Part shown: one piece after another, positions 26,201-38,780 of the stretch
How the letters are laid out: the number at the start of each line of letters is the position of its first letter
Numbering within the stretch: the first letter of the stretch is position 1
NCBI RefSeq assembly: GCF_009914755.1
Contig: NC_060935.1
Length of the DNA: 64,000 nt
Source of the DNA: the human T2T-CHM13v2.0 reference genome, Homo sapiens
Reading direction: 5' to 3' (one strand)
Translations under genes and position numbers: made by a program
The notes under the pieces: model-generated
Seen by the model: only the letters and a program-made list of their open reading frames with translations
Database searches by the model: none
Told to the model about the DNA's origin: nothing

Positions 26201-26589
26201 CAGAGGCCCCTCCCAAGTAGCTCCCAGCAGAACACTTGAAGCCCAAAAGCAGTGAGAAAGGGAACACATTTGCCTCCAATCCTGACTCTCCAAGCCCTGT
26301 CCCTGCCCCCAGGTGAAGGGTTGGCCCTGGGCATGGAGGTCGGCAGCAGGGAGGGGACACTTAAGCCACTTGGTTGGGGGTTTGTGCTATGCCCTTTCCT
26401 CTGCCCTGTTAGGTTTGCTTCTACCTCTTAGGTCCTGTGATATATCTGCCCCTGTAGGAGCGAGACAGACATAAGCCAGACTTCAGGAAGGAGCAGCCAT
26501 GGGGCAGTGGGGCTCTGGAGCAACAGAGGCCTCAAAAGCTCAGCGTCTACAGATGTTAGGGACAAGGAGGCAGCTTGGGGGATGTGCTC

Positions 26590-26800
26590 GGGCCCTGGAG
26601 GCAGACACATCAGGGTCTGAATCCCAGCTCAGGGGCCCAGGGCAGCTCAAGCCCTCTCTGAGGTTCTGTTTCTTCATCTGTAAAACAGGGACAATCACGG
26701 TAGCTACGTGTGGGGCGCAGGACGGCACCCAAGGATCATTCCTGTGTGAGTCAGGTGTCAGGGACCACCAGGCCTTGTGCAGGAACATGGGGTAGTGTCC
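26590..26800 (+). mobile_element. MIR SINE
   Basis: CTGAATCCCAGCTC...CCCTCTCTGAGGTTCTGTTTCTTCATCTGTAAAACAGGGACAAT. Confidence 0.75.
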
Positions 26801-27299
26801 CTGGGGGAAATCCTACCCCAGACTCGAGGAATAAAGAGGAGGAGGAGGTTGCCTGAGCTTAACAGAATGATGGCTGTCTGACATGAGGCTCACAACTGGC
26901 CCCAGCAGCTCCACGGCAGGGAGCAGGAGCAGACACCCTGGATCCGCTCTCCTCCCTCCTTGCCTCCTGCCAGGGGTCCAGTTGGCTAGACCCAATCTGA
27001 AGCCCTGGGCCAGGAGCTTGTGGACATAACCTGCAGAGATCAGCCTCCTAGGGCAGAGTGAGCTGAATGGAGAAGGGCTGTATGCAGAAGGGCGAGCAGA
27101 CAGAGCCCAGGATTCCACAACGGTGTCAATGTACAACACCAAGCACCTGGCCTGGTGTGGGCTCGTCTTGCACTATGAAGGGGCAGGGACGTGGCCAGGC
27201 ATTCGTTCCTCTGTGGGCACTGTGGGGCTTTGCTGTGGAGGCAGAGGGAGCATCTGATGGCCCCCGGGGCCGCGCTAGTCAAAGCGCTTCATTTCCATC

Positions 27300-27740
27300 A
27301 TATGTGGTGCAAAATCTAACCCTCTTACCCTGCGTGAGGTTCATGTGACCGCTCCCGCTCACCTCCCAGCCTCATTGCCTCCCTGTTCCCCTCCTCCCTC
27401 CCCAGCCACTCTGGCCTTCTCCTCGTCCTTCAGCTCCTTCCAGAGTGTTCTTGCCCAGGGCCTTTGCACAAATCCCTTCCAGGACTTCTGATGGTTCTGT
27501 CCTCCCCTCACACAGGCCTCACCTCTTTTGCCCCCTCCACCTCTGGAGCGGCCACTCGCCCACCCTTCTGCCCTGACTTCTCTGTGGCTTCCCAAGGCTC
27601 TTCCTGGCACCTCGTAGGGTAAGTCCGACCCCAGGTGGCTGTGCTCTGAGGCCAGGGCCAGGACTCTTGTTCACAGTGCTATGCCTGACCCGGCGCCAGC
27701 CCTCAGGGGACCACAGCCGGCTGAACGCCAACTGGTTAGC
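27300..27740 (+). mobile_element. L2 LINE fragment
   Basis: CCAGCCACTCTGGCCTTCT...CCCAGGGCCTTTGCAC...CTCTTGTTCACAG. Confidence 0.65.
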
Positions 27741-28599
27741 TGCTTTTTCTATAGGACCTACCGAGCGTTTGACTCTAGAACCGGGGGTTGGTGCTTGGTG
27801 ACAAGAGCTAGGCTGGCTTCCTACTAATTCTGCAGCCTCTGGCTTGCTAGCCTCCCGCCCACTAGGGTCCAGGTCACTTCCTCTAGGAGATTCTAAAACA
27901 CTCTGGCACAGCCCACCAGCAGAGCCGGGCCTTGGGAGCGTGAGGGCACGGGGCCTGAGCCTACTGCATCCTCCCAGAAGCTGGCCTACAGGACGGAGGC
28001 TCAGGGTGGCCAGTTGGGCATGGGGTTCTGCTGGCCCAGAGTGCCAGGGGGACAGGAAGTCCCTGAGGGCTCCAGCTGCAGGAGGAGCATCTCAGGAGGA
28101 GCTGAGGCCGGAGCAGAGCGTCCTCCTGGTCCTGGCAGCCCTTGGCCCCTCAGCACCCCAGAGGGCCGGCCGCAGTGGATGCTGCTGAACCACCAGAAAC
28201 TTAATCTATTATTACACAGAAACTTCTGTGCAGTCAGGGGTTTGAAGTCCCCAGAAGTGTTTGCCTGATTTGGGGCAGATAGCGGGGTGATTAATGCTCG
28301 TGATAAGGTGTTGATTGGTTCTGGGAGCCACTGCAGACACAGGGGCTGTTGTGCATGCAGGGCTGGCAACTGTAGTCACAGAACAATAGCCCGTTTATGT
28401 AGCACACTCCCACCCCCCGCCTGCCCCAGGCGGGCACAAAGGGCGCTCGGGCCAGGAACCCATGAGCTGGGCTCTCCCGGGGCCGAGGGTCCAGACCTGT
28501 TGCCGAGAAGCTGCTTAGCAAGGCCTAGGGGCAAGGGCTGGTCTGGCCTAGCTCTTTCTCCCTTGAGCCCCCTGCCACAGGGCTAGGGCCATGCTGTGG

Positions 28600-28790
28600 G
28601 CTCGAGTGACTGCCCTGGACGTGACAAATCTCTGTGCCTCGGTGCCCACACCTATACAATGGGGGTAATAAAGTCCCCACATTGTAGCACTGCCAGGTGG
28701 ATTAAATGAAAGAAGATAGTGAAGTCCTTAAAGTGAGATGTGTTGGCATTTACTCCACAAATACTGAATGCCTGCTCCAGGTGCCAGGGA
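28600..28790 (+). mobile_element. MIR SINE
   Basis: CTCTGTGCCTCGGTGCCCACACCTATACAATGGGGGTAATAA...GGATTAAATGA. Confidence 0.6.
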
Positions 28791-28854
28791 CAGCAGTGAC
28801 AATACAAAACTGATACGAAATTCCAAAGGGATATCCACCAATGGGAGACGTATA

Positions 28855-29142
28855 AGGGCTCTGCATCCATGGATTCAACCAACTGTGGATGGAAAATGTT
28901 TGGAAAGAAAGTTGCATCTGTGCTGAACATCTGAACTTGTACAGGCTTTTTGTCTTGTCGTTATTCCCTAAACAATAGAGTGGGTCACGCAGCATTTGTG
29001 TTGTTAGGTATCGTAAGTGGTCTGGAGATGGGAGGATGTATGTGGCCTCCATGTCAGTATCACACCATTTCGTATCGGGGGCTTGAGTACCTGTGGATTT
29101 GGGTACCTGCGGGAGGTCCCCATGGGTGCTGAGGGACAGCTG
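28855..29142. mobile_element. Tigger3a/MER7-like TcMar-Tigger DNA transposon
   Basis: CATCCATGGATTCAACCAAC...TTATTCCCTAAACAATA...GAGGGACAGCTG match the recalled Tigger3 consensus. Confidence 0.8.
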
Positions 29143-29169
29143 CACTTTAGTATTTATCTACAGAGTGCT

Positions 29170-30190
29170 TGGAAGGGAAAACAAAGACAGGCAGGGCTGG
29201 TTTGGGGAAGGGGCCTGTTGTGGATGGGGTCGTGGAGGACCTTACAGTGTCCCCAAAGCGAGGTGAATCTCATGGTGTCAGGGCTAAGAGCATTGTGGAG
29301 AGAGGGTACAGCCACAGCAAAGGCCCTGAAGTGGGGATGGGCCCACAGGCTGGCAGGACAGCAAGGAGACCCATGTGCTGGGACCCCGAGAGCTAGGACA
29401 CGTGAAGCCCTGGCTGGCCCCGAGTGCGGTGTGGTTGGCGCAGATGGCAACAGGGTCACTCTGGCTGCAGAGCCAAGAATGGACCACTGAGGGGCTGGGA
29501 CAGACCTGGCAGACCAGGAGGGAGGCCACTGCACTAGTCCAGGCGGAGGATGGCAGCTGGACCAGGAGGGCGAGGAGGAAGTAGTAGATTCAGGACTGTT
29601 TTGAGAGGGACCATTTTAGCTTCTTACGGCTGCTGTAATGAATTCCCACAAACTTAGTGGCTTTAAGTGACACGTTTATTATCTAACAGCTCTGGAGGTC
29701 AGATGTCCGACATGGGCTACATTCAAGGAGCCAGCAGAGCTGGTTCCCACTGGAAGCTCAAAGGGAGGCCCCGCCTCCCTTGGCTTGTGGCCTTTCCCCA
29801 CGGCCCCCTTGTCTCTGCTTCTGTCCTGCGCTCTTCACAACCTCCCTTCCTCCCTCTTTCTCTTATGGGGAGTGCAGGGGTGATCTGGAGGAGCCGGTCA
29901 ATAGCAGCGTGGTGGGGTCTGGCAGAGACAGACTGCAGGGGGCCTGGGAGGCCCCAGGAGGCAGGTGGACTTTGTCCCTAGGCATCCAGTGCAGAGGTGA
30001 GACCTGTATGGCCACAGAGTCTCCCTATCCAGGCCCCATTACCCTGGGGGAGGCGGATTATGGTATGAACTGCTGCAGGTGGTCCAAGAGGTGCTGCCCC
30101 TGGGAGACGCAGGGTTCTTCAGTAATGGTGGTTTCGAAGGGCAGAGGAGGGAAGAATGGAGGGATGGGGGACAGACGCTGGAGCCGTTTT
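29170..30190 (-). mobile_element. L2 LINE interrupted by an MLT1 LTR
   Basis: CAGCAAAGGCCCTGAAGTGGG and GTCCAGGCGGAGGATGG are reverse L2 motifs. L2-like sequence resumes after ~29880. Confidence 0.6.
29612..29870 (-). mobile_element. MaLR LTR (MLT1C/D/E-like) nested in L2
   Basis: GGCTGCTGTAATGAATTCCCACAAACTTAGTGGCTT...CAGCTCTGGAGGTCAGA. Confidence 0.75.
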
Positions 30191-31869
30191 GGTGGCAGGC
30201 CTCTGTGGCTGTGGCCAGAAGCAGGGCTGGGCACCAGGCCAGATGGACCAGAGGCTGCCCCCAGCTGAACCAACTACAGAAATGAGAGCCCCGGCCCAGC
30301 CTCCTCCCAGCCGCCGCTCTCTGGGAGCCCAGCTTTGCTCATAGAAAAGGAAGGCCCTTGTTGCCCTGCATTGGGAGCAAACACTTCCTTTGGCCTCACA
30401 GCTCAACCTTGGACCCAAAGGTCCTCAGGGACCTGGGGGAAAGAGAGGGCAGCCAGGCACCTCTGTTCACGGCAGGGGCTGCGTTGCCCAGCCTGGCAGA
30501 GGGAGGCAGCCCCTAGGTACAGTCCCCTGTGCCCACTCGAGGGGGTGCTGAATTCCTCAAGGCCTGAGTCAGACCTGGTGCAGCTTCATAAAGCCAAGGG
30601 TGGCAGGCGGAATCCAAGGGGCCTCACCGCCCATGCACCCCACTGTTGCATGGAGAGAACAATGCCCAAATGCCCTCGTCCCACAGTCGGCATGCCAGAC
30701 CCCTCGGGAATTCAGGCCTTGGTGAGTCTGGCACATTCCGGCTGTGTGTCAGCGGGAGAGGCCTGGGAAAGGGAGCCAGCACTGCAGGCCGCCCACCACA
30801 CGCCCACTCGGGCACCGGACACAGGGAAGGCGGACACCCAGGGCGGCCATCTCTCGGGACAGGAGGTGCGGCTCCAGGTTCTCACCCAGGAGAGGGCTTT
30901 CCTCCCATGTCAGAGTCCCCTTCGCTGCTTGAGGCAAGCCCTCCGGAACAGACCCATCTTTTGGGGGACCCTGTGGTCATGGAGATCAGGTTCCTAGAAT
31001 CACCCCCAGCAGCGCACACAGGAGGGCCTGAGGCCCAGAGAAAGGCGCCTGAAGCAAGGGAGGGGAGGGCTGGTCCAGAGTCCCTGTCCCCTCTGCCAGC
31101 CACCCAGGAGGCTCCTATGGCCCCATCTCCCAGCTCTTCCGGGTGGAAGACAGTGGTGGGTAACTCACTCAGCTAGAGCGTCTGATCACACCACTGCAGC
31201 GGCTGCTCACAGCCTTCACCATCAGGACCACAATTCTGAGGGCCCTTTGGATGAAGCCATCTCACAGAGCTGTCTCCTGCAGAGAGGAGAGGAGAGGGAG
31301 GCCGCCTTGCCAGCAGGGGACCAGCGAGGTGTGGCCTGCAAGCCGTGGGCTCCTGTGTTCCTTCCTCCCCCTTCAGAGGAATGGGAGGAAACCAGGCTTG
31401 AGTTCCTGATTTTTGCCCTTTAGGGTTTTTAAATTGTGGGAGAGCCAGGAGTGCCTGCGTGGTGGCCTCTGTCGACTCCATTTGCTCTGAAGCGGGGCTG
31501 CGGCCAGGCAGTGCCTCTCAGCCTTCTGTTTGGTGGGTGAGGACGATGCTTGGTCTTGCCTCAGGAGCATTGCTGGCACCTCTCATGTGCTCCTGGGCCT
31601 CTCCCCAACCCTCACCTTGGCATCCCCCAATATCCAAACAATAGTCCACAAAACAAGCTGCCCCGTGGGCACTGCGAAGACCCTCGGGGCCAGAGCCACT
31701 CCCTCAGGGTGCTGAGGCCACCAGCTGGGGCCTCCTCTTTCCACACTATTCCTGACGCCTGGGCTGGGCAGGGGACTCCTGGCTTCGTTTCTTCCCTCGC
31801 CTTTGCTGGGCCATCTTTCAGACCTTGCCTGGTACCTTCTCTCCCCGTGCCAAGGCCTGGAGGTGATGT

Positions 31870-32150
31870 GGATGCAGCCGGGCAGTGAGGAGCGCAGGCG
31901 AATGTTACAGCAGGCGCGAGCGAAGGGGCCCGAGGCACCGGTGCTTCCGACGGGGCCCGAGGGCCGTCTGACCTTTCCGGCCACGGGGCAGCAGTTGCGT
32001 GAGCAGGAACAATCGCCCCAGTGTGCAAGGCACAAGCGGCCTTTTCTTCCTCACCGGGCCGGCGCACACAGCTCCCAGCCTGGCTTCCCTTGAACAAACA
32101 TATTTATTGTGGCCGCCACCGAGGCCTCGCCTTGCAGCCGGAGCCTGGGG
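31870..32150. promoter_or_regulatory. Small orphan CpG-rich element, candidate enhancer
   Basis: About 24 CpGs in ~270 bp, an NR4A-type TGACCTTT (31969-31976) and a FOX-type AACAAACATATTTAT (~32093-32107). Confidence 0.45.
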
Positions 32151-33116
32151 GCCTCTGTCCCACCCACTGGGGCCCAGGGAGGGGACCCCTGCCCTGGCGG
32201 TCTCCCCTGCCCCATGGGCCCCAGCCCCATCTTGCCTGAGGCAGGGGTGGCTCTGGTCCCACCCACCCTCTGGAGGCCCAGAAACTCGAGGCTCCTGCTG
32301 GGGGCTGGTGACCACCCACAGGCAGCAAGCCAGCCAGGGTCCTGGGAAGAGGGGGTCTGGGACACAGCCACACCTGAGCCCATCCTCCACCTGGAGCCAG
32401 CCCCTTACCTTCTGGAGCCTCAGTTTCCCCCTCTGTAAAATAGGAGGCATCACCCAGCCTTGCACGTCTCCAGTGTCCCTCAGAACGGCTCTGGCCCCGC
32501 AGCTGGGGTCTGAAGAGCAGAGCCCTGAGCTCTGAGATCCACTCCCACCCCCACCCCCACCCCCAGGCCTCTCTCTGCCTTCCCTAGTGCTCCTTTGTGT
32601 GTCCAGAGGGAAGGGGCATCCTCCATCAGCACTGACCCCACTCAGGCCTCTCAGCTGCACTCAACACAGGGGCTCCCCACACTCGCCCTCCTTCGCTGCG
32701 ACCCCGACCCTCACTTTCCCACAAACCCTCAGTCTCCTTTGCTCAGCTTCCTTCCAGACAGGCTGGCCCAGGCCCTCCCCACGGCTTGGCTTCCCTGGGC
32801 GGTGTCAGGCAGGGACAGCAGCCATAGGTGGTACCCCTAGTGAGGGGGACTCATTCTAGTTGCAAAGATACAGGTAGAGCATAGGGACCCCAAAGAGTAG
32901 CAGGGGACCCCCGAGGTTGCTGCTGGCAGCTCCTAGGGAGACAGTCGGGCACGGTGGGCACCTTGAGAGGAAGAACAGCCAGGCCTGGGCAGCCCTGGGG
33001 GAGGAGCCAGGCCAAGTGTGCTGCCCTCTTGGCCTCAGATCTGAAGCTATAGAGCCTCCTGGAGGGCAGAGGCAGTGGAGAGGGGTCTAGCGGGCAGGAG
33101 GGGGACTTCAGGCCTT

Positions 33117-33221
<105 letters not shown>

Positions 33222-33239
33222 TTCTCTCTCCCCCCTACT

Positions 33240-33580
33240 TCAGGGCCTTCGCGCCCGCTGTTCCCCTGCCCTGCCAGGCGCACCACCCCCGAAACATGCA
33301 CACGCTCTCCTCTTCCCTGCTTAATCCTCTTGAGTCTTCAGGCCTCAACCCACGCTTCCCCTGAACATCCTCCTCAGAGCAGTTGCGCGCTCTAAATCAG
33401 GACCACCTTGCGGTTCTCCCAGCCCCAGCCTTGCCTTTCTAGTGGTTCTGGCCTCTGATCACAGGCACAGTTTCAGGCTTGTCTAGCGCTGGCAGGGGTG
33501 GTCCTGCTCCGGCCCCAGGGCCCGCAGGTGTGTGTGAGAGGTGCATGGTGGACGTCCAAAGAATAAACGAATGAACCATC
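33240..33580 (+). mobile_element. L2 LINE 3' end
   Basis: CTTCAGGCCTCAAC...; ends with AAGAATAAACGAATGAA. Confidence 0.55.
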
Positions 33581-34989
33581 CAAAGCACAGGCCAGAGGCA
33601 GATTGGGAGGGTCAGGTCCTAAGAGGCCTCAGGCCGGAGCCCAGCTGCAGAGCAGGGCAGGGGTGGCCAAAAGGCGCCTAGAAGGCTGGACTTTCCGTGA
33701 GGTGGCGGGGAGCACCAAGGGTAGAGGCAGGGGAGCAATGGATGGGTTGAATGAGGAAGCTTCACAGCCCCCCGGCCACCGCAGGTCGGGGGAGCACTGT
33801 CCCCGGGGCCCCGCAGCCAGCTGTGCTGGGCAAGGCAGGACGGGATCCTTGGTGATGGGCAGAATGTGGGGAGCAGGGTAGGACGGGCCCCTTGGCTGAG
33901 AGCCAGATGTGGGGAGCGGGGCTGTCGAGGCTGATCTCAGGATGCTTGCTGCGGCTGCTGGGTGGGGGATAACAGGGGTTTTCCGAGGCCCTGAAGGACT
34001 GGAGAGTAGGAGCAGGTCTCGGGGGTAGCTTCCTGAAGAGATGAGTCAGGTCCCAGGCACATTCAGTGCCAGCCAGGGAGGTGAGAGGTAATCCTGGAAG
34101 CTGCTATGTAGACAGAAGCGAGGGCAAGACCACCGCTCCTCCACCATAAACCGTGTTGGATGGGCCTCCTGCCTCCTCCAGCCTCAGTTTCCCCCACTGT
34201 GAAATAGGGATGACCTCCTGTGCTGGGGCCTGGCTGTGGCTTCCCAGGCCCCGGCTGGGACCACCGCAGAGGTGATGTCTCCAGGAGGCTTCTGGGCCAG
34301 CAGCATGTTCCAGTGCGACACATGTGCCCCGGAGTGGCCGCGTGCCCAGCCGGCTGTGCACGCTGCCCCAGGCTGGTGGGGTAAGCGCCTCGGAGGGCAC
34401 ACTAACAAGAGGCACATGTGCCAGGGAAGCCCTGCCTTGTCATCACCTGTGCCGTGGCTGTCAGCGCGCATCTGGCTTACATTGAACTCCCCCATAAAAC
34501 GTGTGAAACCTGACAGCAGCGCCGCAGCAGGACAGGGAGGGACTGTGTGTGAGAGCCAGGGAAGGGCTGCTCAGGGGGCTCTCCTTGATGGTGACCCCCT
34601 ATGAGACGCCACTTGCCCTGAGGCCCTGGGGGACAGCCTGGCCCCTGGATGGCCAGAGATGCCTGGGGCCCTGGGGTGGGAGGTGGGGACAGGCTAATGG
34701 CAATTGAGGCCCTGCCCGGTGGAGGGTGGGCCATGGCCGCCCCCACCTCCCCTCCCGCAAGCTTCTCCCCTTCCTTCAGAGCCCAACCACTGCTTGCTCC
34801 TTCCCACCCCTCCTAGGCCAGGGATGCCTGAAGCCACACTCCACTGCATTCAGCCACCGTCCTGAAGTGCCCCTCACCCACCCATCCACACCCCGCAGGC
34901 ATCCTAGGGCCTGGCCCACCACCCTCTCCCTCCTCACCATTTTCTGTTGAGCACACTTGAGGAGCACTTGGAGGAGCTGGGGGATGACA

Positions 34990-35310
34990 TGAGTCCACTC
35001 CGCTGTCACCACCAAGACCACAGTGGGGCAGTTTAAACAGCAGGCATTCATCCCCTCACAGCCCTGGAGGCTGGAGTCCAAGGTCAAGGTGCTGCAGGGC
35101 TGGGTCCTCCTGCAGCCTCTCTCCGTGGCTTGTAGACATCACCTTCCCCGGTGTTCTCATGGGGCCATCCCTCTGTGTGTGCCCGAGTCACCTTCTCCTC
35201 TCATAAGGACCCCAGTCAGGTGGGATTAGGGCTCACCCTTATACCCCCATTCTGCTTTAATTACTTCTTATAAGACCCCATCTCCAGACACACAGTCACA
35301 GTCAGAGGCA
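34990..35310 (-). mobile_element. MaLR LTR (MLT1A0/B-like)
   Basis: CTCACAGCCCTGGAGGCTGGAGTCCAAGGTCAAGGTG...ATAAGGACCCCAGTCA...GGATTAGGGC. Confidence 0.8.
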
Positions 35311-37580
35311 GGAGGAGGTGGGTGAGAGGACCCCACGCCCTTCCTCCAGTGTGTCTGGAGCCCCTTCCCGGTGTACAAAGGGACAGAGAAGCGAGGGGGC
35401 TCCTTGGCCCTCCAGTATGTGTGTGCAGAAGGCCCATGAGCTGCCTGGGGTTGGGGGGTGGTCCTTATACATACTTTAGATGCCAGAGGGGGCTCATTGG
35501 GCAGAACCTACCTGGGAAGGGGCCCAGGCTTCCTGCCTGCCCTTCAGTTTACCCTGTGCTCCCAAATCTGAAGGAAGCCTTTCCTAACCAGCAGTCCAGG
35601 GGATTAGAGGACTGGGACCAGTTGAAACTCCATTCTAAGTCTTGGGGACCTAATGGGATTAAAGGCGACCGAGCTTGGGCCGTATCTGGGATCTGGGGCC
35701 CACCGGGGGCTGTGAATAGTTGGAGCCCTGGAGTGCCGAGGGCCCAGGTCCCAGGCCTCTGGGGAGTCTGGATTTTTTGGAGTCTTCCTGAGACTTGTGA
35801 CCAGTGGGCTTGGGAGAGCCTGAGGGGCCTCTGGGGTTAGACGGTGGCCCCCGTGCCTGGAGAGAAGGTGCACTTTGGGGATGGGAGGCGCTAGGTGCCA
35901 ATGGCCCTAGGAGGGGGCTTTGGAGCTGGACCCTTGAGGGAGTCAATGCCAGCTCATCGCCATAGCGGCTTGCTTAGGGCCGTCCCTCCCACCCCCCAGT
36001 TACACAGCCTGCAAACCCCAACCTAGCCCCTTCCAGGTGTCCCTTGTGATCTTCCGCCACTGACATAGGTGTGGCCCAGAGCAAAGGGCGGCTTCCCATT
36101 TCACCTGCGCATCTGCAGCTGGTATGTGGCTGCCCTGGTGGGTTCCTGGCTGGCTGGCATGCGCCCTGCGCCTCTGCTGGGCCTGGTGGGGCCTAAGGGT
36201 GAAAACTCGGTCAAGATAAGATGCCCACGGCTCAGGGACCCCACAGTCACAGGTGGGGAGTGGCGCAGAGCCTGGGCCTGCCTCGGGCTACCCTGAAGTG
36301 CCAGCCGAGGGTGGCTGAGGAAGCCCAGTCCCGACCCCCACCGCCTGCCTTCCCAAGACATCCTGAGTGCCCCTCGCCAGCACTCCCTGCTCGGGGATCC
36401 CATTATTCCAGGAGGAGGAGCCAGGGGTACCACTTTCCATTAGTGGGTCCAGAAGAGATCCCAGCGGGAAGGGGCAGCCTTCAGGGTAGGGCAGCGGATT
36501 AGGGAGGACTCCCCCAGGAGAGGAGGAGGCAGGCAGGGAAATTCTGGGGGGAGTGTATTCCACAGGGTAAGCAGAGGCTGGATCCCGAGAGCATCTGGAC
36601 TTGTTCCCAGGGCACCCAGCACAGAAGTGAAGGGGTGCCGGTGGAGAGGGAGAGCCCCGGGCAGCTGCTGCCGTGTGGGTGGATGTCCGGCCACTGCCCA
36701 GCCACCTCTCTGTCCCAGGAAGCTGCTCTCCTGGGGCATGTGCACCTCAAGTGGGTGCAGCAGGCCCAGACCCACGGGGGCCCCTGGAGGCCTGCTGGAT
36801 GCCCGCGAGCTGCAAGGAGTTAATTCCTGGCCTTGTGGGCTGGCAAACTCTGACTCACAGAGCAATAAAATTCTTGTGTTTTAAAAATCAGTATATTAGC
36901 TTAATTTTATAGATTTCAGAAGTGCTACTTGAAAATAAAAGTCTCCTAATTATATTTATGATCCCAACGTGAGTGAATTTGACTCCGTTCACGGCGAAGA
37001 AGCTTTGTGTAAAATGCCGGGAAGCCTTCGTGCTGACTCGGCCCTCGCAGACCATAAAACACGGCTGGTGGGTCCGAGCCCGGCAGGGATATGGGGTCAC
37101 AGCAAAGTCCCTATTAATGCCATGTCCACCTCGCTGCCAGGGAGAGTGGGGCTGCAGCAGGGTGCGACCGTCACAGCCCTAACTCTGTGATGGATGCCTG
37201 CTGTTGTGATCATGGACATGAGGATGTGAGGTGGTCATAATACAGGAGTGGGCTGGAGGCAGGGAAAGGGGTTGGTGCCCCCTGCCCAGGGGAGGCACAC
37301 CTGGGGGCACAGAATGACACTGGGTCCTCTCAGCTTCATCCATTTCCTGCTCCAGGCAGGGCCCTGGGCCTGGGCTGCAGGGATTCAAGGGAGAACCACA
37401 CCCTCCTCCACTGCTGGGAGGGGCCGAGCCTGGCCTGGACTGCTGGCCCCAGGAGCCTGGGCCTGTGGTCAGGGCAGGAAATGGAGAAGATGAACGAGGA
37501 AAGGAGAAACTGCTCCAAATGGTGGGGAGGGAGGAGAGACGAGGGCAGAAGTGAGCCCCTGGCTCGGTGGGGGTGGGCTG

Positions 37581-37661
37581 TGGAGTGTGGGGGCACAGCG
37601 GGTTCCTTACTGAGCCCAGGGGGAGGCAGGGTCTGGAGTGTGGGGGCACAGCGGGTTCCTT
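37581..37661 (+). repeat. Direct repeat, 2 x 28 bp, period 53
   Basis: TGGAGTGTGGGGGCACAGCGGGTTCCTT occurs at 37581-37608 and 37634-37661. Confidence 0.92.
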
Positions 37662-38499
37662 GGCCATGGGGGTGGGCAGACGTGTTATCATGAAGCCGGG
37701 AGATCAAGGAAGGCTCTCTGAGGGAGGTGACATTTGTACCAAGCAAGGAAAGAGGCAGAAGATCCTTCTTCCAGGCTAAGCGCCATGTGAGAATGCAGCA
37801 GGTCGGGGCCACTGGCACTAGCGTGTGTGACAAGGGAATCTCAGGCTTCTGCTCACCTCTGCTGGGGGCAGAGACCCTGGCCAGAGCCATGGCCAACCTC
37901 CCCCCACTCCCAGCCAGGCCTAGAGCAGAGTGCCCTTGGAGGCTGGAGGAGGCCAAGTCAGCCTGTCCCATCCCTCCTGGGCCCCCGAGTCACCAGGAGA
38001 TGCAGGGCTTAGCCTGGAGAGGGGCCTGTGCGGTTCCTGGGTGTTCAGGGGTGGGGTGGATGTCTGCTTTTCCTGGGGGCCCCACAGCTGGGCCAGGCTG
38101 TCCTCCCAGCAGAACGTGGGCTGCAGCACTGGCCACACAGACAGACCCTGGGGGGATTGTCCTTCTGCCACCTGGGCATTGGCACACTGGCCTTCCGCAG
38201 ACACTCAGCAGGCCAAAGAGTGGGCTATCATCAGACGCTGGCCCCAGGCCTGCCCTGTTGTTGCGGGTGCAGTGAGGTGCCTGCGGCCAGGTGGGTGAGC
38301 GAGGTGCAGGCTGTCACTCACCAGCAGGGTTGGGGCTTGGGGGGACCCTGGTACAGGTGGAGTCCAGGGGTCTGCAGAGGATGGCTCGAGCCCTGCTACC
38401 ACCATGCTGCTTTGAAAAAGGACTGACTTCTCTGCTGCCTCCGCCTCCCTGTGAAGTGGGACTGACATCCCCTGTCCTGGGGTGGCCTTGAGTGTGTGC

Positions 38500-38780
38500 A
38501 GTGCGTCTGGCACAGGCAGGTACCCCACATGTGTGCCCAGCATGTCTGGGAGGGCCAGGGTCGCAGCAGGGCCCCCACCCATCCTGGCTGGCTCATACTT
38601 GGCCACTGGCCACAGGTGACACCAACCCAGCCCCTGTGTGAGGTACTGAGAGCCCATCACACAGATGGACCAACCAAAGCCACAGATGACAGGTGGCAGG
38701 CCCGAGATTGCCTGAGGTCACATGGTAACACATGTGCACCCGGCAGTTGTTTCTGCCCTATCTGTGGTTCCCAGCCATTT
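38500..38780 (-). mobile_element. Diverged MIR SINE
   Basis: CCCTGTGTGAGGTACT...CCCATCACACAGATGG...TTGCCTGAGGTCACATGG. Confidence 0.5.
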
